This document shows, one piece after another, positions 1 to 7,325 of a stretch of 16,921 bases of DNA. The DNA comes from Thermoproteota archaeon (GTDB taxonomy: Archaea; Korarchaeota; Korarchaeia; Korarchaeales; Korarchaeaceae). Every line of letters starts with the position of its first letter. The first letter of the stretch is position 1. The translations under genes were made by a program, and so were the position numbers. The stretch lies in the NCBI GenBank assembly GCA_027491395.1, contig JAOZFI010000062.1, positions 1 through 16,921 on the forward strand, in the 5' to 3' direction. Under the pieces are notes generated by a model. It made no database searches, had not been told where the DNA came from, and saw only the letters and a program-made list of their open reading frames with translations.

Positions 1-554
1 TAGCCACCAAATACTCCGGACCACATCTCGTTGAACTCGGCCTCGTAAGCCCCAGCGATGTCCTCCCCAATCACTACTAGGAGGTTCTCGTCGTTCCTAG
101 TATCAGCCTGCTTTGTGTAGTTGTAGCTGCCCGTCAGAACGACCCTACCGTCGATGACCATGAACTTGTTGTGCATGTAGGCCGGATTTCCATCGAGTCT
201 CACCTCTATCCCAGCTCCCCTCAGCCTGTTGTACTCAGACCACCTGTTTATCTGGTTCCTCTCCATTATGACCCTGACCTTGACCCCCCTCTCGTGGGCC
301 CTTACTAGGGCATCACCTATGGAGTCCAAGGTGAAGGAGTAGATCGCTAGGTCCACGCTCTCGTTTGCCCTTGAGATCCAGTCGATCACCACACTAGAGC
401 AGTGATCCTCGGGGCAGAAGAACGGCCCGATGATTCTATCCACACCGGAGGAGATCGGACTGTAGCCAGATTCACCCGTCCTGAGAGAGTATCCCAGCAC
501 CACGCCCGCTGCCAACATGATGAGGGGGAGGACCCACCCCCTGCTCTTGTTCAT
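1..554 (-). CDS. Membrane-anchored phospholipase D / Nuc-like nuclease with one HKD motif; runs to the window edge and is absent from the ORF track
   Basis: Manual translation from ATG at 554 gives MNKSRGWVLPLIMLAAGVVLGY...FFCPEDHC...AIYSFTLD...MHNKFMVIDGRVVLTGSYNYT...NDENLLVV...MWSGVFGG. It has HxKxxxxD and GSxN motifs, an N-terminal hydrophobic anchor and a GGTGAT RBS. The last partial codon is TA, possibly the stop. Confidence 0.92.
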   Translation of the reverse strand, partial: MNKSRGWVLPLIMLAAGVVLGYSLRTGESGYSPISSGVDRIIGPFFCPEDHCSSVVIDWISRANESVDLAIYSFTLDSIGDALVRAHERGVKVRVIMERNQINRWSEYNRLRGAGIEVRLDGNPAYMHNKFMVIDGRVVLTGSYNYTKQADTRNDENLLVVIGEDIAGAYEAEFNEMWSGVFGG

Positions 555-914
555 GGGATCACCGTCCAGATGGACCTGACCCCTTTAAGAGGACTTCTAC
601 ATGGATGCCCCCAGATACTCTCCCATCGATTCCCAAGGAACATTCAAACCGTGAAGGTGGTCGACACAATTCTCTCACGAGGGCCGCCAACTGGGATTCA
701 CTCATATACATGCCTTGGGTGAGCGATATCCCGATGGCACCGTCCCAGCTCCATTGAGCATCATGCCCCTAGATCCAAGTTCGATTCCTCGTCAACTCCT
801 CGACCGTGCGAGCCGTTGGGAGCTGATCCCCAAGTGACTTAGCTAGAGATCGCAGTGCGAGGGCCTGTTGAAATGCCCGGACCTTATACTGGAGCGTGGA
901 TCTACGGGAACCCC

Positions 915-1307
915 CTACAGATCGGAAGTTGACAAGACTTCGATGCTCCCTTTAACCCTCTTCGCGAGTTTCACATCGTCTGTTACCATTGCAAGGCCAT
1001 TCTCTATGGCGTAGGTGAGGTAAGATGAGTCGTAGACTGTCAAGTCGTATCTAATGGCATTCTCCAATACTCTCCTCTCTAGGCCAGCAATGGTCCTGAC
1101 CTCGATCGCCTCGAATATCCCGAGCAGTATATCCACGTATTCGGCCACAAGATCCCTGCTCATTCTTTTAAGGAGGGAGTGCTCCTTCCATAGAGCATTT
1201 AGGGATTCATAGAGGGCCAAATCTAGGGTACAGCCCTCGCTCAGTACTCTCAGATCCCCCTTCCTGATCAGATTGATGATGGCGGACGCATCGAACAGGA
1301 ACCTCAA
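915..1307 (-). CDS. vapC: VapC-family PIN-domain toxin
   Basis: FDASA, LYESLNAL, TVYDSSY and VTDD supply the four acidic PIN residues. The likely start is TTG at 1307, just after the antitoxin stop; the ORF track extends it to 1328. Confidence 0.9.
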   Translation of the reverse strand: MRFLFDASAIINLIRKGDLRVLSEGCTLDLALYESLNALWKEHSLLKRMSRDLVAEYVDILLGIFEAIEVRTIAGLERRVLENAIRYDLTVYDSSYLTYAIENGLAMVTDDVKLAKRVKGSIEVLSTSDL

Positions 1308-1308
1308 G

Positions 1309-1536
1309 CTACCTCTCCCTGTCCTCACGTATCAACTCGGCTACCTCCTCATCGCTTATTTCTGGAAGCCTCTTCCTCAGCTTCTCAGCTCTCTTCTCCA
1401 GCTCCTCAAGGATCCTCTTCCTGACCTCCTCTTCCAGCGCCCTCCTCATCACGGGGCTAGGTTTGATCCCCAGCTTATCCATGAGCTCCTTGAGCCTGCG
1501 GGGGATCTTAGTGGCCACCACCACGTAATCTACCAT
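1309..1536 (-). CDS. vapB: VapB-type (ribbon-helix-helix-like) antitoxin
   Basis: 75 aa (VVVATKIPRRLKELMDKLGI...MRRALEEEVRK...ELIREDRER) with a typical archaeal VapB pattern including the IREDR tail. It lies directly upstream of the PIN gene. Confidence 0.85.
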   Translation of the reverse strand: MVDYVVVATKIPRRLKELMDKLGIKPSPVMRRALEEEVRKRILEELEKRAEKLRKRLPEISDEEVAELIREDRER

Positions 1537-1562
1537 CTCCCCTCCCGCTTACAAGACCTTAT

Positions 1563-1597
1563 GGTTTACCTACTTAATGTTTACCACTAGGTTTACC
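1563..1597 (-). promoter_or_regulatory. Putative vapBC promoter/operator with three GTTTACC direct repeats around an AT-rich box
   Basis: GTTTACC occurs at 1564-1570, 1579-1585 and 1591-1597. ATTAAGTA (minus strand) lies between the first two copies, about 35-40 bp upstream of vapB. Confidence 0.55.
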
Positions 1598-1761
1598 AAG
1601 CTGTTAGATGCTGGAATAGATGATAGCCAAAGTCAGCGGGTCACATAGCGATCAAAAATACGTCAAAATCCGATTTCGATGAAATAAATAGGATGGGAGA
1701 GAGGGCATCATCGGGCTAAGCGCGCGGAAGGAACCGGCCAGATCGATTGGTATAGATGCAG

Positions 1762-2397
1762 TTAGCTTGCTGACTCGTACACTATCTTTGAGAGCCTCTT
1801 AGCTAGGGCGACTATCGTCAGGACTGGCGGTTCTCTAGGTGCTCTCGGGAGGGCGCTCGCGTCTCCCACGTATAATCCACTTATCTCGGTCTCGTGCTCC
1901 CTGTTTATCACCTTGCCCATTGCGGCCGTGCCACCCACGTGCGCCCCTCTCACGCCAGTAGTGTATATCGAGGAGCTCTCAACTCCCACCTCCAGCAGGA
2001 TCTCCTTGGATATCCTCACTCCCTCATCCAGCTTCTCCCTGTCATTAGGGGTCACGGGCTTCACGACCCCCTCCTCCCTGACAATGCCCGAGGCATCGCG
2101 CGCGCCTCTCCTGAAGGCCATGAGCTTCTTCCTGAGGGGCAGGTACAGGAGCATGTGGATTTGAGTATCAAGGATGGGGGAAAGAATGTACCCCTCTCGC
2201 CTGATCACTGTGGCCATGCTCATCTCCTCTCTCCATCTAGCTCCCCTCATCATTCCATAGGTGTTCACGAACAGGTCGGCGAACAACCCATCTCCGGCCT
2301 CTATACCTGATCTGAGGAGTATCTTGGGGGTTTCCAATCCTCCCGCTGCGAGCACCACCAGATCAGCACTCTCCTCACGCAGTCCAGATCGATCCAT
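1762..2397 (-). pseudogene. GMC-family oxidoreductase, C-terminal fragment
   Basis: VVLAAGGLETPKILLRSG, GAHVGGTAAMG and GLYVGDASALP...PPVLTIVALA are GMC C-terminal motifs. It is continuous with the upstream fragment if one G is added to the G6 tract at 2415-2420. Confidence 0.85.
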
Positions 2398-3002
2398 TAC
2401 AACGACCCCTTTAGCCCCCCATTCCTAACGAGGACCTCCCTAACCTCGCTCTCCATCAATATTCGGGCTCCAAGCTTCCTGGCCTCGGCTAGATAGTTCT
2501 GTGCTGTCCACTTTGCACCGTAGGCGCATCCAGTGACGCACATGCCGCAGCCTTCACACCTCCCGAAGTCGACGAACTTGGGCATGGGCTCCACCTCGAA
2601 CCCCAATCTACTGGCTGCCTCTTCCAATAGAATGGTCCTCTCCCCCATCATTTCCCGAGGCATGGGAGTTATCCCCAGCTCAAGCTCCGCCCCACTGAAC
2701 TCATCCTCCAGATCCACACCAATTGCCCTGAACTCCTCCAGCGCCCTTGGACCGTTAGCGAGCGTGACCATCGTGGAGCCACCCGCCATGAGAGCCCTCA
2801 GGAGTTCCACATTCCCCTCTGAAACCTCCCCTGGGGTTAACCTCCACTTGGATCTCGGATAGAACTTCAGGGCCTCCATCTCGGTTCCAAGCCTGTGATG
2901 TCTCCCCCTCTCCAACACGGTCACATTTAACCCTCTCCTAGCAAGTTCGACGGCCACCGTGGATCCGCCGGCTCCGGATCCGACCATAATTACATCAGAC
3001 AA
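2397..3002 (-). pseudogene. GMC-family oxidoreductase, N-terminal FAD-binding fragment with a ferredoxin-like Cys motif
   Basis: DVIMVGSGAGG...LERG Rossmann motif, MAGGSTMVTLAN, and CEGCGMCVTGC. It ends prematurely just after a homopolymer run. Confidence 0.85.
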
Positions 3003-3040
3003 ATGAGTTTCCTCGTCATCACCTCACACCGAGACTAATA

Positions 3041-3058
3041 AATGTATATGTATACATT
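3041..3058. promoter_or_regulatory. Perfect palindromic operator-like site upstream of the GMC gene
   Basis: AATGTATA-TG-TATACATT (8-bp arms, 2-bp spacer), next to a TTTATTA box on the minus strand at about 3036-3042. Confidence 0.55.
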
Positions 3059-3102
3059 CATTCTAATTTACTTGGTCCGAGGAGGGGGAGCCCCCACGAA
3101 GC

Positions 3103-3381
3103 CTAAGGGTTCTCGAACATCCCACTCAAAGACTCGATCTGCTGACGTAAAGGCTCTAATCCTCTCCTGAGATTGTCCCTGTAGTGGATGAGTCCCAACC
3201 ACTCCTCTCTTTCCTCCTCGCTCACCCCCGACCTGTCCTCGAGGAACTCCCGGCTACTCTTCCTATACTTACTCTCCAGCTCGCTGATCCTCTTCTCAAC
3301 GTCCTTGAGTTGGGCTTCCAGATCCTCGAGCATGGCCTTAACCGACTCGTAGTCCTTCTTGAGTTCTTCTCTGAAGCTCAT
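3103..3381 (-). CDS. Small charged coiled-coil protein, possibly an orphan antitoxin (TumA-like)
   Basis: 92 aa with a heptad pattern. LESKYRKSSREFLE...EEW resembles the E-x-KYGMSSEEF...EW small antitoxin family. A GAAAAACGAATTAAG BRE/TATA-like element lies about 25 bp upstream. Confidence 0.6.
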   Translation of the reverse strand: MSFREELKKDYESVKAMLEDLEAQLKDVEKRISELESKYRKSSREFLEDRSGVSEEEREEWLGLIHYRDNLRRGLEPLRQQIESLSGMFENP

Positions 3382-3442
3382 GGGCGAACCTAGTGATACT
3401 TGCTTAATTCGTTTTTCATCTCATGCGACGCCTTCGATCACT

Positions 3443-3620
3443 TCAGCACCTCATTGGGGGTATATATTGCCGCGCGTTGCCTTGAACCCTCCACTGCATC
3501 CTGAACGGCTTCCACTTTGTAACTGATCTTATCCGATGCCAAAGAGTCTCCACCTTCCCGTTGGTGTTAACTCCCCTTCTTCCAAGCTCCTCCGCGTACT
3601 CGCTCCTCAGCACGCATGTT
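3443..3620 (-). mobile_element. Degraded transposase fragment, IS1595/ISXO2-like
   Basis: RSEYAEELGRRGVNTNGKVETLWHRIR resembles the EY...VHTNxIExxWxxLK segment carrying the catalytic Glu of IS1595-family transposases. No N-terminal part or terminal repeats were recognised. Confidence 0.45.
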
Positions 3621-3695
3621 CGCGCTAGAATCTGTCCAGCTGACCGGTGAGTCAATACAATATATTACAGTTTCGATATATTACGTGATGGTACC

Positions 3696-4010
3696 TTGGT
3701 TGTGAGCTTCAGGATAAACAGGGAGCTCAAAGGGGAGAAGGATCGACTCAAACACATAAACCGGAGCGAGGCAGTCAGTAGGCCATAGCGGAGATCATAG
3801 GGGGAGAGGAGAAGTTGGAGGAAGTTGCCTCGATACTGGAGGACTTTCATAACATCCTGTTCGAACTCTCTGGAGAGCTAACAAGCAAGACACCGTTGAA
3901 CTGGCCGTGAGGAAGGGATAACTGTTTATGACGAGCCTCATACGAGGTCCTAGCTGAGATGCTGGGAGCCTAGGGTATACAGCCGACGAAGAGTTCTTGA
4001 AAAAGGTAAG
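3696..4010 (+). pseudogene. Decayed vapBC relic with the antitoxin N-terminus fused by deletion to the toxin C-terminal half
   Basis: Stitching frames from TTG at 3696 gives MVVSFRINRELKGEKDRLKHINRSEAV / AIAEII (VapB-like, compare INWSEVxR.AI). It continues EEKLEEVASILEDF...ELSGELTSK / TVELAVRKG / TVYD / ASYEVLAEMLGA / YTADEEFLKKV (PIN C-terminal motifs). Several frameshifts and stops are present. Confidence 0.75.
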
Positions 4011-4014
4011 CGAT

Positions 4015-4050
4015 CGGCGAAGCACACAAAAGCGGCGAAGCACACAAAAG
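4015..4050 (+). repeat. Exact 18-bp tandem duplication
   Basis: CGGCGAAGCACACAAAAG at 4015-4032 and 4033-4050. Confidence 0.95.
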
Positions 4051-4290
4051 ATGTGACGAGTAACCTACGAGCTGATGACATTCTTGCGGGCAATTTTTGC
4101 AAAAAGTTGATCGATCGATACGGATGCAACCATCGAACTTTTAGGGCACAAACCAGCTGCTAATTGATGCATCGGCGTTCATATCCTCAAGGTTAGGCGC
4201 CATTTAGGTGGTGGTTGTAGGTCACGCGGTGCTTAATCCTTCGCCTCTCCGGAGTATCTGCCAGTGCTCGGAAGATGTACGAGCTGATCT

Positions 4291-5367
4291 TCAAGGAGGG
4301 ACCAAGCACAAATTCCCTTCCCTGTACACGGCCACCCTGTCCTTTACCCAACCCCCTAAGAGCCCCCTGACAGTGATCAGTCCATTTCCGGCCACCCCTG
4401 TCATCCCTCCTTGAATTGAGAAGGCGAGTCTGCTCCCGTCGGGGCTCCACTGCAGATTATAAGGTCTTCCATCCAGCTGGAAGATCTGACCATCCATGTA
4501 GATTGACCAGCTGCCGTTGACCTGAATGGCAGCAGCGACCCCTTTATCACAGTTCACCTCGATCACGCTCCCATTCACCAATTTCCTCAAGGAACCGTCG
4601 TAGATGTAGAGACCCCCCTCCCCTCCGAGGTACAGCTTCCCCTTCCTCCAGCAACCCACGGATGCTGCCACTGGGATCTCCTTCTCCCTTCCTTGGGTGT
4701 CGATCACGACAACCCTCTCACCAGAGGAGATCGCAGCTTCACTCTCCACATCCAAGACCTTACCACTGATAGGTCTCTTCAGGACGGGGCCGCCCATACC
4801 GATAAGCTCGATCCACGACGAGCTGCCGTTTTCCAAGGCTACAAGCACTAATCTATCGAGCCAGCCCAAGTAGGTGGCGTAACCTGAGAACTCCACTTTC
4901 CAAGGGAGCTGGAGGGTGGCCACCTCCCCCTTGGGCGTGACTACCCTAGTCACGACCGCCAGTCTTCCGTCCTCGCTCCAGCTGATGAACTGAACCTCTC
5001 CTCTGAACTTCATCTTGCCTAGGACAGAGCCGTCCTCTTCCACGATCACCAAGGCTCCTGAATCCGTACCTATCGCTATCCTATTCCTCCACCAGAGGGA
5101 GCGGGCGGCCCTTCCAGGCAGCTCCATTTTCCAGACAATAAAGCCGTCCGATCGTAGGGCGTAGGTGTCCACGCCCGGGGAATCAGTGTTAACTACTAGG
5201 AGGGGACCTGTAGCGAAGAGCACGGGCTTCCCCTCAAGCTTGAAACACTTTTCCGCTTTGACGGGATTAGGTATGGGCCCTATTTCTGGCCCAAGCCTGG
5301 AGATGATCCCATAGGCGATCAAGGACAGGAAAATGACGATCAGGAGCTTGGTCCTTGTTGACATCAC
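4291..5367 (-). CDS. Membrane-anchored beta-propeller (WD40/PQQ-like) protein
   Basis: N-terminal hydrophobic helix LLIVIFLSLIAYGII, followed by blade-like repeats (DGFIVWK, ISWSEDGRLAVV, LQWSPDGSRLAF). Its start overlaps the stop of the upstream gene. Confidence 0.75.
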   Translation of the reverse strand: MMSTRTKLLIVIFLSLIAYGIISRLGPEIGPIPNPVKAEKCFKLEGKPVLFATGPLLVVNTDSPGVDTYALRSDGFIVWKMELPGRAARSLWWRNRIAIGTDSGALVIVEEDGSVLGKMKFRGEVQFISWSEDGRLAVVTRVVTPKGEVATLQLPWKVEFSGYATYLGWLDRLVLVALENGSSSWIELIGMGGPVLKRPISGKVLDVESEAAISSGERVVVIDTQGREKEIPVAASVGCWRKGKLYLGGEGGLYIYDGSLRKLVNGSVIEVNCDKGVAAAIQVNGSWSIYMDGQIFQLDGRPYNLQWSPDGSRLAFSIQGGMTGVAGNGLITVRGLLGGWVKDRVAVYREGNLCLVPP

Positions 5368-5879
5368 AGCACACCCCTAGGGGGCCTTGGACCCCTTCCC
5401 CTTCTGCCCCTAAAAGGTCTAGCCGAGTGTATCTTGGTGAGGACCGCCTGATAAACGTGAGGCGCCTCCCACTCGTACATCAAGCAGTTGCCGTGCTCCC
5501 ATACCCAGTACTCAGCATCTAGGTAGTAGGATCCAGTGGGCAGGAATGGAAGATCACCGTACTTCTTGAACGGCCGTCCTTCTGAATCTATGGAGGTGCT
5601 TAAGCCGCAACCATCGTCTGGGCACGCGCAACCGCAGACCACTACTAGTCCGGGCAACCAGCTCCCGTACTCCCAGCACTCCTTAGGGAGCTCGATCGGG
5701 AGCTTCACCCATCCCTCTATATGTATATCACAGTTCTCTTCATCGCTCAACCATCTTCTGCAGCCGCTGTCTTTATCGAAGTCGCTGCACAGGTGGGCGA
5801 AGTACTTCACTCCTTCCCCATACCAGAAGACCCCTCCCCTCCCGCTAATCCTCAAACTCTCGCAGTCCATCACAAGCAT
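5364..5879 (-). CDS. Hypothetical Cys/Trp-rich protein
   Basis: 171 aa with a GGAGG RBS before the ATG, 9 Cys including CGCACPDDGC, and an Arg/Pro-rich tail. It overlaps the propeller gene by 4 bp. Confidence 0.65.
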   Translation of the reverse strand: MLVMDCESLRISGRGGVFWYGEGVKYFAHLCSDFDKDSGCRRWLSDEENCDIHIEGWVKLPIELPKECWEYGSWLPGLVVVCGCACPDDGCGLSTSIDSEGRPFKKYGDLPFLPTGSYYLDAEYWVWEHGNCLMYEWEAPHVYQAVLTKIHSARPFRGRRGRGPRPPRGVL

Positions 5880-6069
5880 ACCCTCCTCTCAGATTTAAGT
5901 TGTCTGTAGGCAGTTGGGTGGTAAGTTCAATGATAGACGTAGAGGAAAAGGTCTAGCTGGGATGGATGAAATACAGCAGCCCCTCCGATATATGGCCAAA
6001 ATTCCCAATTGAATAGTCAGGAAAGCAGAGAGATAAGGAACGAAGGGGGAGCGAGGTGGACCACATCCA

Positions 6070-6167
6070 GTTTTGTCAGCCCAGCCTATTAGAGCAACGG
6101 TTTCTACAATGCAAAATCACTCTACATGTAGCATCATTATGATAGGCATCCGGGCTGACACGAAAAC
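6070..6167. other. Long imperfect inverted repeat (stem-loop) in an intergenic region
   Basis: GTTT/AAAC, TGTCAGCCC (6074-6082)/GGGCTGACA (6152-6160) and GCCTAT (6084-6089)/ATAGGC (6142-6147) nest correctly, with bulges on the 3' arm. Confidence 0.6.
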
Positions 6168-6576
6168 ACTCCTGAACAGGAGATCTGACCAATCTATTTG
6201 CTTTCGCCGCTCTCGATACCTAAGGGATGGGAAGTCAGCCCATCGGTTTTAAAAATTCACCTAGAGGTCATAGATGATACAAAGGTCTCTTCTCCTGCCC
6301 TTAGGAGGACTCGATTCTAGTCAAGTCCTCGAGAGAGTCAAGCAAAGATCTAAGCGGGCTTAAGTACCGGTAGGGATAATTCTTACTAACACTATGTGGT
6401 TCGCATGGACGCACGCTATCCATGGATCATTGAGACGATCCGAGCTCTCGTTGAGGGATCTTGCCGAGTAATTAGGTGGATCACGTACTAAAGAAGGATC
6501 AACAGTTCCGAGGCAAGTAGCATGGAATGGACGATTATTAATTAAGACTACTCAAGAGGAATCTCTCGCATAGTGT

Positions 6577-6748
6577 TCATTCAATAAGCTTTTCAGGTTC
6601 CTTAGATGCTTTCTCCAGCTCTATAATCTTCAGTAGCTCCTTTGCATCTATCCAAAATCCTTCCTCTTTTGCTTCATTTATTGCCTCCAACTCACTTGGT
6701 TTCAGGTTCAACTTCCTGCATACTCTCAGGTTTAGGCATATCTCTCAT
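6577..6748 (-). pseudogene. Frameshifted small acidic ORF resembling an archaeal RelB-type antitoxin C-terminus
   Basis: MRDMPKPESMQEVEPE / PSELEAINEAKEEGFWIDAKELLKIIELEKASKEPEKLIE*. The span is 172 nt, one base more than a whole number of codons. The EVEPxPxELEAI...W.x..EL pattern is seen in small archaeal antitoxins. Confidence 0.4.
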
Positions 6749-6832
6749 CTCACATCCATCATGTACCCTAAGACCCAACTGTAATGTTACCATAGGAAAG
6801 GGAAAGAGATATTCAATATATTCGACCCCCTG

Positions 6833-6861
6833 CTGGCTAGATCTAGGAGTCTCGCGCGCGA
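6833..6861 (+). repeat. Left copy of an imperfect direct repeat flanking the AbrB-VapC module
   Basis: CTGGCTAGA-TCTAGGAGT-CTCGCGCGCGA; matches 7712-7742. Confidence 0.7.
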
Positions 6862-7000
6862 TCTCGAGCGAGCGTAGCAGGTATTCTAATGGATCTAACC
6901 ACAGATAGCCGTGGGCTAGAAAGGAGGCCTCAGTATTATCCTACTAATAATTTTTTAATATATTCAATCAATAACCCTTTTAAAGATAGAATAGATTACG

Positions 7001-7018
7001 GGCATGGTATATTATGCC
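7001..7018 (+). promoter_or_regulatory. Imperfect palindrome over the antitoxin start codon (putative autoregulatory operator)
   Basis: GGCATGGTA|TATTATGCC (7 of 9 positions symmetric). A TTTTAAA TATA-like box lies at 6978-6984. Confidence 0.4.
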
Positions 7019-7316
7019 TAAAATGAGGTTCAAAGTGAACTCGTATGGACATATAATTATCCCTGACGAGATCAGGGAGAAATACGGTATTAAAAAAGAT
7101 GATTATGTCTCGGTGGAGCTCAGGGGGGAGGGGATACTGATTCTCAATCATGGGAGCATAGAGACGGCGCTGGAGTGGTTGAGACAACTCAGGAGGGAGA
7201 AACAATTTTCACGCTGGGGGAGGGAAGTAAATGATCCGATAGATGACGTAGAAAGGGTGCTTGAAGAAATCTTCAACTCTAAGAGATGGTACTACTCGTG
7301 GGACATTATCGATTGA
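7014..7316 (+). CDS. AbrB/MazE/SpoVT-family antitoxin
   Basis: KVNSYGHIIIPDEIREKYGIKKDDYVSVEL is the AbrB swapped-hairpin signature. It lies 9 bp upstream of a PIN gene. Confidence 0.88.
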   Translation: MPKMRFKVNSYGHIIIPDEIREKYGIKKDDYVSVELRGEGILILNHGSIETALEWLRQLRREKQFSRWGREVNDPIDDVERVLEEIFNSKRWYYSWDIID

Positions 7317-7325
7317 GGTGGTCCG

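Noticed and set aside
555-914. Possible gene remnant or RNA gene between the PLD gene and vapC
   Set aside because: No recognisable protein motif, tRNA cloverleaf or strong structure in the frames I examined.
1721-1743. 19/23 match to 14202-14224 (GGAAG..ACCGGCCAGAT) as a dispersed boundary repeat
   Set aside because: A match of this quality is roughly expected by chance among all position pairs, and nothing else supports it.
4015-4050. CRISPR-like repeat
   Set aside because: Only two adjacent 18-bp copies with no spacer, and no cas genes.
4066-4288. TACGAGCTGAT direct repeat (4066-4076 and 4278-4288) as a target-site duplication
   Set aside because: About one such nearby 11-bp match is expected by chance in a window this size, and there are no convincing terminal inverted repeats inside.
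6070-6167. Canonical integron attC site
   Set aside because: It lacks the RYYYAAC...GTTRRRY arrangement, similar sites were not seen between other genes, and no integrase is present.
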